Of a stretch of 64,000 nucleotides of DNA, positions 12,068 to 24,414 are shown one piece after another. Position 1 is the first letter of the stretch. Each line of letters begins with the position of its first letter. Both the position numbers and the translations under genes were made by a program. The notes under the pieces were generated by a model. That model saw nothing but the letters and a program-made list of their open reading frames with translations. It had not been told where the DNA came from and did not search any database. This DNA comes from Camelus ferus (taxonomy: Eukaryota): the NCBI RefSeq assembly GCF_009834535.1, contig NC_045697.1, positions 115,384,001-115,448,000 on the forward strand, written 5' to 3'.

Positions 12068-12632
12068 TGTTACCAGAGCATAGGTTCTTGTCTCGCACAG
12101 GAAATAATTCAAAAGTAAACCATAGTAAAATGGGAGCAAGTTTATTTAGAGAGATACACATTCTGCACAGAACACAGTCTGTCTCAGAAGGGAGAGTGGC
12201 CCCAGAGCACGGGGTCATCAGAAAAGTAAGAGCAGCCCTAGGAGGTACACGTTCAATAGTGAAGTAAAAGTAGATTTATTCCGGGAGAGACAAACTCCAC
12301 AGACAGAGCACAGTTCATCTCTGAAGGGAGAGTGGCCACAGGAGGTCAACATTCCAACTATATGGGATAGGAGTGGGGATTTCCAGGAATTGGGCCCCTG
12401 ACCACTTTTTGGTCCTTTGTGATCAGCCTGGGAACAGTCATGGAGCCTGTGGGTGTGTGACTTAGCAGCAAATTTATTACAATGAGCATATAGTGAGACT
12501 CAAGGTCCCCTGGAAGTTGAATCTTCTGCCATCTTGTGCTGAGTTGATTCTAACCAGTTTTTGTCCTATCCCCAGTGGCTGCGTCATTCTTTTAATAGTT
12601 GTGCCCTGCCTCCCACCCCTCCTGTCTCCTCA
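12068..12632 (-). mobile_element. 5' LTR of the ERV1 provirus
   Basis: On the minus strand it begins tgaggagacaggagg and ends ggtaaca (TG..CA), contains AATAAA, and is clearly homologous to the solo LTR at 34077-34591. Confidence 0.88.
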
Positions 12633-12720
12633 TCAGGGTCTTCTCTGGATCCCCATACAGGTCACCATAATGTTTATTTAAAGCAAATAGACTGTAGACT
12701 GCCAGTTGTTTCTACACACC

Positions 12721-12723
<3 letters not shown>

Positions 12724-12753
<30 letters not shown>
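12724..12753 (+). repeat. (CA)n microsatellite
   Basis: Uninterrupted CA run. Confidence 0.95.
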
Positions 12754-12756
<3 letters not shown>

Positions 12757-13020
12757 GGGTTTATTTGAGATAAAAAAAAACTTGCAACTTGGGCTCTGCA
12801 ACCATGGCAAGGCACATGTAAGCCCCCCTGTAGCAAAGGAAGGAGAGTGCTTTTTCACGGGGGAAAAGAAGTGGGAAGGGTTATAGTAAACAGAGTCCAT
12901 GGTTTTTGCTTGGCTGCATCCTTGCCAGGAAAGAAATCTTTCTTCTTCCTGTTGGGCTCTGATATTACTATAGGGCGGCAGAGAACTCCCTTCTGGCCAC
13001 CTGACTCTGTTTTAATTTAT
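12754..13020 (-). mobile_element. ERV1-type LTR fragment
   Basis: 'gggtttatttgag...ctgcaaccatggc...ttggctgcatccttgccaggaaag'; AATAAA on the minus strand; resembles laurasiatherian ERV1 LTRs. Confidence 0.6.
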
Positions 13021-13374
13021 TAATTTTTAGAATGCTTACTCACCCACAGTGGAAAGTTATTATATTAATATTATTAGTGACTGAAATTTTCTGGTATGAC
13101 AACATGACACTAAATTGTAAACAAAAACTAAGGTAACCTCTGTATTTACAAAACTGGACTCAAGGAGTCTTTGACTTAATAACTGACAAGATTAAGGAGC
13201 TACTGTGCAATACAGAGATATTGTGATCATATTTTTAAAACAATTGATTTTTGAAAAAAGATAGATACCTACGCATTTATAGATGAAATTATAATCCTAG
13301 TGAAGAAGAAGATGTGTGGACGGTATAAAGAAACAAAATTGACTGTAAGTTGATAATTGTAGAAAAATTGTAGA

Positions 13375-13782
13375 ACTTGCCTTCAGCCTTCTCCTGAGTT
13401 GACTTGTTTCTCTGATACAGCTTCCTGCATGTTTACAGCTTTGCACCCTAAGTGCAAGTTTTTCTTCTTCTTAGCCTGAGGGCTTTCTCCCACCAGAATT
13501 GTGTGGAGATAATGACTTTAAGAACTACCCTCAACCAAACAGTGAGAGATGGGAGTAGGTGAATAAATGCCACAGCCTCCCCAAACAGACTTCTGAGGGA
13601 GTCCCAGTGGGGTGGTCAGTAGTCCAGAACAGTGACTCACATTTTATACACTCCTTCTTAGAGTTATTTCCTCCCTGATCTTTCCTAGATCCCTCATTTT
13701 CTAGATCTACATCATCTCCCAAACAAACCACCTGTATTTAAGGACTTTTTGGAGGATCTGCTTTGGAGGTACTCAATTTAAT
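13375..13782 (+). mobile_element. ERVL LTR (LTR16-like)
   Basis: 'gatgggagtaggtgaataaatgccacagcctcccc..ttctgagg..cccagtgggg' and terminal 'catctcccaaacaaaccacctgta..gatctgctttggaggtactca', typical of LTR16. Confidence 0.7.
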
Positions 13783-15400
13783 ATAATTCAGATGTCATCC
13801 TGGAAAGCACACACTCCAAACGGGATTCTGGATCAGTTACTGGTCAGAGATCAGAAAAGACCCCATTGCTAATGATAAATGTGATGGTAATACGTCATGA
13901 TACAGTATCACAATTACTAAGACTCTCATCTTTCATAAATGAGATAAGATGCAGGTAAAATGGGAAGCGTTGGCTGGGGAAGTACCTGTCATACTTGAAA
14001 AATATGAGAGCAAAAAATAATCTTAATGGTTGTGGAGGTGCCTTAGCAATTTTGAAGGAGAATGAAAAGCTCACATCAGATAATTATCATCTCAGGGAAT
14101 GTTGTAACAGCCAGATGTCCCACATAGAGACATTCAAAGAGATTGTTTGTTGTGAAGAATTCAGGCCCAGAATTTGATCATAAGTGTAACAAAATTAAAA
14201 GGAAGAATGAATGCAAAGAAGCAGATCATCCGTGCGAATGTTCCAGGTCCCAGGTAGGGAAAAAATAGGAAACTGAGGTTTGAAATAGGGACCCTTAAAC
14301 CCTCTGGTCCAGAAGAAGAGCTCCAGTTAGAGGAGAGAAGATTTTATCTGGAGAACATGCAAAGTCCTCATCTGAGATGGATGCCTCATGACAATGCTTA
14401 ACCTCCTCACAATCTGTCCTCACTTAACTTTGATTTCTCTAGCCAGTAACTAGGGTCAAGACTCGGGATGGACCATGCAGGGAAATATAGCAGAAGGAAA
14501 TGTATTTGTAGAAAAAGCTGAAAGTTCCTGGTTGATATAAACCAACAGAAATTTAAAGAAATGATATGGGAGTCAATCTTGAGTGTATTGGATGCCAGTA
14601 CTGAGACATAGAATAAAATGACTGGATTGGGAAGAGTTTGTTGATATAGTGACACTTTCCTATAATTCAGAATACGACTTCCCAGCACAGACACCTGAGA
14701 TTGAGCATAACGTCCTGCGGGGATGTCTCCTCGAAAGTTGGTAATAATAGTTTCAGTAAATGAGGTAGAGATATCAAAATTGCTTCTCATAGAGTATTAA
14801 ATAAGGAATTAGTAAACTCATCGATTTGAGCAGGTTAGAAAAGATTTATTGGGGGAGACCAAAGACCAGCAACTCACTCTGTTCTCCAGAAGGGTCAGAA
14901 GACAATTTTGTTGCTAAAGCAGTAAGAATAGCGCCCATGAGAGAACGTTTCATGAGAAGCTTGCTGGTGGTCTCTCTCCCAAGTCCAGGATTGAAAATAG
15001 AAGATGGTGCCTTGGGACCCACTGACCATGGGATGATGGGACTATAGAGTATCAGAGGTGAGATGGCGATACTTAACCAACATGATTTCTCCATAGTTAT
15101 TTAAATGGGGGGCCAGATTAGAGGGATAACAAAGGGCTTTGACCCATAGGTACTTGTGGTAGTGGGAAATAAACTACAGTGATCCGAAGGGTGAAACATA
15201 AGAACAGGCAGCAAAAACAGTTCAGATTTAAACAAAGCTCAAGAGCTGAAGGCAGATGTCAGCCACTGACAAAGGAAAGCGTGAGATCTTTCAGCCATTT
15301 CTCTGACCTGGAACTCGTCAGGAAGAGGCAGGGGATCTTGCAGGGGGCGTCCCTGCTACAGCACAGCAGGCATGTCAGTTTGCCTGATTCTTTGCACAAA
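13783..15400 (+). mobile_element. ERVL internal remnant (ERV3-16A3-like gag region)
   Basis: Follows the LTR16-like sequence directly; 'gggattctgga..accccattgcta..tcacaattactaagactctcatc' resembles the ERV3-16A3 internal start; heavily decayed. Confidence 0.65.
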
Positions 15401-17060
15401 GGGACCTTTAGATATTTTCTCCAGATTTTGCTTTGTATTTTTAGTCTTTTGAGGTATCTAAACTCATATATTGTTTTAAAAAATCATGGGATATGCTTTA
15501 AGTGGAAATAAAAATATATTTTAATGTATAAACTCAATTTTGTAAAACAATTTTTTTAAAGCAGGCATATATGTCACATCTGGATGGTCAGATAACTTTA
15601 TGTATATTTTCTTCTTTGTAAACGTGTTCTCATTTTAATAGCTGTCCTACAAAGGTGGTGCATTATCTTTTTATATTGTATTGGCAAGTGTCAAAATGCA
15701 AATCTACCCTCGGCTGCTTTGCCATGAGGAAAACAGAGTCTCAGAGCCATTTCCAGAACTGACTCCCAGGTTTGGAAACAAACACTGAAAATCTAGCCAA
15801 TGAAGAGTAATAATACCATGGAAAAATGTAGAAGTAGACTTTCTCTGGAAGCAGCTAGCCAACTTTCTTTGGCATTAGAATTGGAAGCCAGAGAACAAAA
15901 ATCTAGTCTAGCTGGCCATTTTAAATGTTTGTAAAGATTTTTTTTTACTCTTTGAAAACATACATGAACTGAAACATTGTCATTTGGGGGGGAGAGCAAA
16001 CACTGCCCTTCTCTATTCATTCCTTACTTTGCTAGAATGTTCAGTTGATACAATAACGAGAACAAATGCTTACACAACATTAGCCATGTACCCACCCAAT
16101 TTTTAAGGCTGTTTACAGGAACTAATTAATTTTATTTTCTGATTTAATTAATAGCAGGGATATTTTTTTTTTTTTCAGGCCAGAAGGTAGTGAGTCTAAC
16201 ACTAGATTATCTCTGCCCACCCCATAAACATCATGACCAAGATTTCTCATTCTTTCAGCCTATAAATGAGGCACTTTGAATGTATGCAGACACTAAATTA
16301 TTATAGTCTTTGATCACAATCTATGTAGTAACAGATGTTCACTGCAAATTATAGCCTTTACTTTCTTTATTGCAACCACTCACACATCTCTAATTACTGT
16401 CATATTATGTGTCAGTGAACTCTCTCATATACATGAGCTAATCTCAACAATTAGACTTCCAAACCTGATCATTAGCTTGTATTCTATTTTTTTTAGGAGA
16501 CTTCTTAAGGCCTTCCATGTTTTTATCTACCTAATCATGACACATGACATTTCCTGTCATGACTTAACACGAATTCTGTCCCCAGATACAAAGAATATTT
16601 TAATCAAGATCTAGAAGTATTTCTTTAGCAACCTGTCATACTAGAATTATAGATCTAACTTTTTCCTATTCAGTATCTATTAATATAGCTGTTATATTAT
16701 GTTATAATATAGGTAAAATTTAAGGATCTATGGTTACCCAAGCAGTCTTCCAGAATACTTGGTGCAGAACAGTGAATTCTCATTGACTACAGGTCCATTT
16801 TAGCTTCTCATTGGAAGGTCAGGTAAGAGGAAAAACTGTCTTAGTAATGGGTCTATATTTATCAGGAAAGCCTAAATTAAGAGGAGAGAAAGGGGACCAA
16901 TGGGTTTACAGTTACCCACACAATCCTTGATTTCTCATGTACATTAATTGTGTGTCATCTCTTCATAACATACACACAATCAATAAATCTTATCTCACAA
17001 GATTGTAATTGGAGTTTATGTAGATATCTGAGGCTGGGGACCTGTTAAATTGCATCTTCG

Positions 17061-19015
17061 TCTCTTCAATAAATGGTGTTGGGAAGACTGGGTATCCACA
17101 TGCAAAAAGAATGAAATCTTACACCATAAACAAAAATCGCCTCAAAATGGATTAAATATTTAAACATAAGACTTGGAACTGGAAAACTTCAAGAAGAAAA
17201 TATACAGAAAAGTCTTCTTGATTTTAGCTTCGGTAATGATTTCTTGGATATGATGTCAAAACCACAGATAACAAAAGAAAAACAGATAAAAGGGATTACA
17301 TCAAACTAAAAAGCACAGCAAAAGAAACAATCCACAAAGTAAAAAGACAATTCCTGAATGAAAGTATTTGCAAACCATCTATCTGACAAAGAGTTAATAT
17401 CCAATATATTGAAGGATCTCATACAACTCAACAGCAAAACAGACAAACAAAAACCCAAATAACATGCTTGAAAAAATGAGCAAAGAACTAAATAAACATT
17501 TCTCCAAAGAAAACATTCAAAGAGTCATCAGGGGTATGAAATGAAATGCAAATCAAAACCATGATGATACGTTACCTTACACCTGTAGAATGGCTACTAT
17601 CAAAAAGGCAAAAGATAAGTGTTGCTGACAGTGTGGAGAAAAGGAAACACTGGTGCCTTGTTGGCTGGAATGTATATTGGTACCGCCACTATGAAAAACA
17701 GTGTGGCATTTCCTCAGTGTTGAAGAAAGCACCATGCACCAGTCATCAAGGCCAGGGGAGGACTCCATGGAAGGCAGCAAAGAGCATCACTAAGCCTGCT
17801 GCCAGGAGCACAAGTCCAAGCATTTCTGACCACTGCATCTTGGTATTAGAGTCACCAAAACAAACAAACAAACACACATACACACAAAACAGTGGAGCAT
17901 TAGCTGGAACAAGGCTTTAATTCACACAGAAAGAGACAGAGCAAGATCAACTCCAAAAGTGTCCGTTGGCCGCCCATGGCTATTGGGTGTGGCAGGTGAC
18001 CGAGGACAACTGGTCTACATGCCACAGTAAAAGGACTTCCCTCTCCCTTCCCACCATGAAGTCTGAAATACTGAAAGCTTGTGCATGCCCGTGGGCCACT
18101 GATGCACACTCTTACAATGAATAAAAGAGTAAAATGAGTCAGAACAGGGAAAGCTATTTCCACATAAAGCGAAGCGATAATTCTGGTAAATGCCGTGTGG
18201 GATCTGTATCTCTGGCTTAGGAAGCATTCCAGGCCCAATGCTCATTCTCATGTGGTTGAGCTGGAGCAGAAAGGCTTCACACAATAAAATTACGTTTCCC
18301 AACACTCAAAAAATTAAAAGCAGAACTGTCACACAATTCAGAAATCCCACGTCTGCAAAGACATTGAAATCAAGATCTCGAAGAGATACCTGCACTCCCA
18401 TGTTCACTGCTGCCTTATTCATGATAGCCAAGACACAGAAGCTACCTTAATGTCCACTGGTGGATGGATGGATAAAGAAAATGTGGTATTTGCATGTAAC
18501 AGGTTATTATTCAACCTGCAAAAGGAAGGAAATCCTGCCATCTGTGACACTCTGGATGACCCTGGATGCTGAGTGAAAAAAGTCAGATGCAAAGGAACAA
18601 ATTCTACATAATCCCACTTATATGAGGAATCTCAAATGGTCAATCTCACAGAAGCAGAGAGTAGAATGGTGGTTCCCGAGGTGGGCTGCAGGGGAAGGGG
18701 AGATAAGGAGGGCTGGTCAAAAGGTACAAAGTTTCAATTATATGAGCATAGCATTTATGGCTAACAATACTGTCCTGTAAACTTTTAAATCTGCTAAGAT
18801 GGTATATCTTATGTTCGATGCTCTGATTCTACAAAAGTAAATAAATAAAGAGGGCGGAGGAAACTTTTGGAAGTAATAGCCTGGTTTATGGCAATGACAG
18901 TGATGATGATTTCATAGCTGTATACTTACCTCCAAACCCATCAAATTGTATCCATTAAGTATGGGCAGTCTTTTACATGTCAATCGTACTTCAACAGAGT
19001 GGTTGGGAAGCAAAA
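17061..19015 (+). mobile_element. Older L1M 3' portion (ORF2 end and 3'UTR), split by a solo LTR
   Basis: 'tcttcaataaatggtgttggga', 'atgcaaatcaaaaccat', TCTPMFTAALFMIAK (ORF 18190-18450), 'ggaaacttttggaagt..tgtatacttacctccaaac'. Confidence 0.9.
17718..18304 (-). mobile_element. Solo LTR inserted in L1
   Basis: Ends tgttg...caaca; 5-bp target duplication ctcag/ctcaa; the L1 sequence (ttcctca|aaaaattaaaa) rejoins when it is removed; ATTAAA on the minus strand near 17916. Confidence 0.85.
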
Positions 19016-19304
19016 ACGAAACGCTATGCTGGCTGGTACATACAAGGAATTGAACAAGAGCTGAACACATAGACAAAATTCCAAGCCAGAGACTAAGGCC
19101 AGTAATCCAGAAGCGAGTGACCTAAAAATAAACGATGTAAGAAATAGGACTTGAAAAATATGACAAAAGGTAGAAAATCAAGGTAAAGGATTACATTTCC
19201 ATGTAGAAGAAAGCAAGAAGTAAAAGTTTAGCAATCCAGTAACAAGCAAATAATAGGAAAAGCCTGTGCAGATACTAACTTTAAAAAGTAAACACTGAGT
19301 GTTT

Positions 19305-19402
19305 GTTATTGTTGTTTTGTTTTTAATGGAGGTAACTGGGGATTGAACCCAGGACCTGGTGCATGCTAAGCATGTGCTCTACCACAGAGCTATACCCACC
19401 CC
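19305..19402 (-). mobile_element. Vic-1-like SINE (short form)
   Basis: Reverse complement reads ggggtgggtatagctctgtggtagagcacatgcttagcatgcaccaggtcctgggttcaatcccc, with Pol III A and B boxes. Confidence 0.9.
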
Positions 19403-19409
19403 TGACCCC

Positions 19410-19855
19410 TTGCAATTTGCAGCAACATGGATGGGCCTGGAGATCATCATACTAAGTGAAGTAAATCAGAAAGAGAAAGAAAAATAACATGATATCACTT
19501 ATATGTGGGATCTGAAAAAAAGGACATAAATGAACTTATCTACAAAACAAAGACAGACTCACAGACAACTCACAGACATAGAAAACAAACTCGTGGTTAC
19601 AGGGGCATGGAAGGCGTGGGGAGGGATAAATTGGGAGTCCAAGATTTGTAGATACTAACTACTATATATAAAATAAATAACAAGGTCCTACTGTATAGCA
19701 TTGGGAACTATATATTCAATAACTTGCAATGACCTACAATGGTTGGAATGTATATTGGTACCACCAATATGTACATATACATATAACTGAATCATTCTAA
19801 TGTACACCAGAAATTAATACAGCATTGTAAATTGACTATCCTTCAATAAAAAAAG
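19410..19855 (+). mobile_element. L1 3' end
   Basis: 'tttgcagcaacatggatgggcctggagatcatcatactaagtgaagta' through 'ttcaataaaaaaa'. Confidence 0.9.
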
Positions 19856-19974
19856 CTAACAAAAATAGTTCTTTTATGGTATGATGAAAATGGCCCAGGT
19901 TTAATTAAATAAATGTGAAATACAAAAAATGAGAACATTTATATTTTACAAAAGCAGCATAAAGAGTATCCTTT

Positions 19975-20070
19975 AAATCTACAGTTCTGCTATTAATTTC
20001 CTCTTTGATTTAGGAGCAGTCCTTCAACGTCTCTGTGCCTCAGTTTTCACATTCATGAGAGAGTTAAATT
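19975..20070 (+). mobile_element. MIR fragment
   Basis: MIR core 'tctctgtgcctcagttttcacatt'. Confidence 0.6.
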
Positions 20071-20137
20071 GGCCACTAATGTTTCCCTTGAGACATAAAT
20101 GCAAAGTGATATCAGCCGTATTAAACTGTTGTTACAT

Positions 20138-20275
20138 GGAGAGGAAGGTATAGTTTAGTGGTAGAGTATGTGCTTAGCATGCATGAGGTCCTGGGTTCAA
20201 TCCTCAGTACCTCCATTAAAAAATAAATAAAAACTAATTAACCCCCCCAAATTTTTAATAAATAAAATTAAATAC
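20138..20275 (+). mobile_element. Vic-1-like SINE
   Basis: ggagaggaaggtatagtttagtggtagagtatgtgcttagcatgcatgaggtcctgggttcaatcc; TSD core tgttacat at 20130-20137 and 20276-20283. Confidence 0.93.
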
Positions 20276-21482
20276 TGTTACATATTATTGATACTCACCA
20301 AGTTGCATGTTTTCCAATTTCTGGTTTCCACCCACACATATTATCATGAAGGAAAATGCACCCAATTAAAATTGAAGACATTTGAAAAACTATTTAGAAC
20401 TTTGCAAAACTGTCATTATTTAAGCAGTTCAAAAAACAAACAAAAAAAACCCCATGCTTTACAAAAAACAGCCGGTGCACATAAAAAAGAATTAGGTTCG
20501 TACCGAGCACCTCATCTGAATGCAAAGAGAGGGAGAACACTAAAGAAGTCAGAGTAATATAGAGAAATGGGTTGTTTTCCCAGAATCACTTGGTAATCAG
20601 GTAATGTATCACATTATCCAATCATCTCTGACAGGAAGGTTGCTATACCCTACCTTGACTAAGAAGAGTGGTAAAACTGTGTCACTTGAAATTATAGGTT
20701 TTCAAATTGAGTTATGTTATTTTACATCCACCATGTCAGGGCTTTTATAAATTGTTAATCTCCTGGTAAACATTCCTACAACTAAAACAAAATTATTATT
20801 TGCAAGCAAAGTGAATGTTTTAGGGAAATGTAACAGTTACTATGCATAAATTGCCTGCTGTCTCCTGGGACTAGAAAATGAGACATTGCATCTCCTACAG
20901 GCATCCTAAAAGGAATATTGATAAGTAAATAGAATAACTGAACATTTGGTAAATTACCATTTCAATGAATCATGTCCTTCCTAAATTCAGGAGGTAGCAC
21001 CTTTCAGGAAAGCAGGAAGGCTGGGGAATGTTTATGAAAGCATTCTAAAAATGAATTAAGAAAACATTGACCTTTAATACTGAGAGTTCATATTTAGAAA
21101 TGAAAAAGAGTATTTTTCACAGCAGATGGTATAGTTCTTATTAAATGAGCATGAGTATTTCAAAACGCAACACAAACTCAACATTTCTATTAACTGTGGA
21201 CACTAAAAAAAAAAAACAGTAGTTCTTCAAAGAAGATTCTAGAACCTAGAAAGGCAACCAGGAGGCTACATAGGTGTGATTCTTACGTGAACATTTATAC
21301 ATAAAAAGCAAACACATACATAGAAAACAAATACATAATATACATAAAAAGCAAAATATACACATCAAAGTGAATAGAATATATTCAGATTATCTTCAAA
21401 ATTTTTCATGGTTTTCATGTATCCCAAATATATTTTTTCTATTATCAATTGTATATCTGATATTTAATAATTGTGTACTTTT

Positions 21483-21685
21483 TTTGATTGATCTGCTCTT
21501 TATTAATTTTTTATTGAGTTATAGTAAGTTTGCAATGTTGTGTCAATTTCTGGTGTACAGCACAATTCTTCAGTCATGTATGAATATACACATATTCATT
21601 TTCATATTATTTTTCACCATGCACTACTAGAAGATATTGAATATATTGTCCTGTGCTATGCAGTATAAATTCATTTATCTACTAG
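21483..21685 (-). mobile_element. 5'-truncated L1 3' end with TSD
   Basis: Reverse L1 tail; TSD taattgtgtactttt (21468-21482) / tagttgtgtactttt (21686-21700). Confidence 0.85.
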
Positions 21686-24414
21686 TAGTTGTGTACTTTT
21701 AAAAGCAATTATTTAAGTGTTTATGAATTTGTGTGGGCAGGTAAGCTCATTTTTATGATCCCAACTTCTCATGAACTTTAATAAAATACTAATCAATGTT
21801 CTTGGACAATTTTTTAACAATTTAGTAGTTCACTATGGGACATATGCCATGTAAAGTTTTCTAAGAATAACTTTGACGTTCCCTAAAGTTTCACAGAAAT
21901 TTCAGAGATAAAACTGTGATCTACGTGATTTCTGATACTAAATTGAAATCTGAAACATGTGTTGGGCAAAAATCTCTCTGAATGTTCAGATAAGCTACAT
22001 CAGACATGGGCTACCATTTATACTGCCTCTTTTTATTTCCATATTATATGTATTAGATGAGAAACTAAGTCACTTAGGATCTAAGTGACTCAGTTTTTAA
22101 CTTTTCAGTAAGGATGCCATAATCTTAAATTTACTGTTTCAGGGCATTTTATTGGTTTTAAGTCACCTATATAATTTTCTCTAAAGTGTTCCAATGCAAG
22201 CATTCCTCAGTAAATATGCCTAGAATGAACTGTATTGCAATGAACATTTTTCACCCTCTGGATAGTAGGATTTATTCATTTTTTGAAAATAAATGAATTC
22301 ATTTGGTCAACAAAAATTTTAGTGGATTTCATCTGTGAAGCACTGAACTCAGTGTTGGAGTTGTACGGATAGGATTGCCCATTGCTTTCAAACAATTGAC
22401 AAGATTGCTTTGTCTCCAATCGTTTCAAACTTTCCACACCAGAGCATGGGGTGTGGAACTGTTTAATTGTGCTGATCTCCTTGTCTTATTCCCTCATTTA
22501 TATGTTATTACCCAACCAACTCATAGTCTACGTTTCTCTTGCTGTAAGTGGCAGATCAACCCTCAAGCCAGTTCTTTAGACCCTTGCTTTTTCACTTACT
22601 TGCTTTTGTGCAGCTTCATTGAGCCCTCTGAAATTCAGTATGTTAGAGGGATGTTCAGTTAACTCCAGCCTGCTGTAATAGTGCCATTACAGGACACAAA
22701 GCAGGTGCCTAAGAATCACTGCTTTTAAAATCATCTTTGATATCTTTCTGACTAGTGTCGCAACCAAAGCAATTTGGCACAGCAACACTGAATGCAGTGA
22801 ACGAATTTGTGGCAAATAAGGAATTATCTTGTGTGCGTGAAGCCTAAGGAATAATTCTGGGGCTTTAGGGTAACTGACAAGTACCTTCTTGGTTGGGGAA
22901 CAGCTAGGCTTATCTGAGTATAAATCAATGAATGAATAGAATGCAGTCTTAATTATGTTTCACTTCCCAGCCCATGTACTAGTCCTGGTCTATAGCTGGT
23001 GCTCTCCGATTTTATTAATTCGAAGGCCACTTGACAATTAAAACGCCCAACTCCTGTGAAATATCCCTGCAATATGATAAAATACCCTTCTTTGACACCA
23101 TATGCTAATTCTCATATTTCTTCTTCCTGTAGTTTCGCATTTTGACGGGATTCATGCTTTACCATTTTTTTTTTTTTTTGGAATTGCCTCTAATAATTGT
23201 TAAAGATTTCTTCATAAAATATAGCATGGCTTAAAATGATATCCCATTTCTGAGTATAAAATCTAAAGGATACAAAAATATGGAATCTAATCTGAAAAGT
23301 CTGCGAGATAAACATTTTCAACACAACCATTCCTTCAGGGATAGTTCTATAACCAGGAGTGCATGAAACCCGGGGCATAATGAAACGATTTCATTTTCCA
23401 TTTGTTTAGGAAAGGCCAGGAGGCTATTTATGTACTAATAGGTTTATTAATAAAACTGAAAAAGCAATAACCTCACCTGTATGGCAATCAGTGAAGCCAG
23501 AGATAATGGAAAACCCAATTTTACATAAAAGGAAATTTTATGGTTCTCATGACTACTTTGGATTGTCTTAATAATGATTCCATTTGATGAGCTTCTCATT
23601 TTTTCTGGCTACATATATCTTTCCTCATTTCACGTTCAACTAAATGAGAAACTATTTAGAGCATGTTTTCTTTGCATGAATATTATCAAACTCACACACA
23701 CAAAAACTCTTGTAAATGAGTAAAACTCCGTCACATTCATGCTTCTCATTATAATCCTCTTGTAAAGCTATTAATTTGGTGACTTTGCTAAGTTACGTCC
23801 TCATCAGCATATGACCTAGTCAAGTCTGCAATGGCTGTTGCAATCTATCCTTTCAAAGTAAGTTATGCATTTAAATGAAAGGATCTACAAGAAAGATGAA
23901 CTGGCTATTTCCAGCACTTGCAACTCTGTGGCTGGACTATAAAAGGAAGAAAAAAAAATCAGGGAAGGAGACTTTCTTAAAATCATTAATTTTATTTGTG
24001 TGAAAATGAAGCATAGACTCTACCATTATGTTTATATGTATGAGACTGACCATTATGAAAAAATTGTTTAAACAACCTGTTATTGAAACCAGATTATTCA
24101 CAGTAGAAATGCTACTATAGATTAAAAATTATGTCTGCTAGATGTTTATTCCTATTTGACAGGAAAGATAATAAATACTTTATTTTTTGCCTTTTAATAT
24201 TAAATATAGATTTTTACCATCAAGTCTAGATCTCAGACTCTAACCATTTTTAGGCTGATCATGTCCTTATAAGACCTTATTCATATGGTCTAATAATTTA
24301 CTTGTATTGTATTTAACTTAGTAAATATGATCAACCTGATGAAACATGCCACAAATGCCTTTCAGAGATCAGATCATTGTTAATTTAGATGATTCTGAGA
24401 CAATATAATTAAAC

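Larger units (their letters stand above)
7790..12632 (-). mobile_element. Decayed class I endogenous retrovirus (ERV1/gammaretrovirus-like), 3'-truncated: 5'LTR-leader-gag-pro-pol
   Basis: Minus-strand motifs: gag-like start near 11530; protease LIDTRA (~10090-10113; DTG active site mutated); RT TVMPQGFTESPSYFS (~9205-9250) and LQYVDDL (YVDD at 9136-9147); RNase H FIDSSY..AQQAELYA (ORF 8063-8317); integrase CPICPKYN..GPFKFWQMD (ORFs 7801-8043, 7781-7987). No env or 3' LTR seen. Confidence 0.93.
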
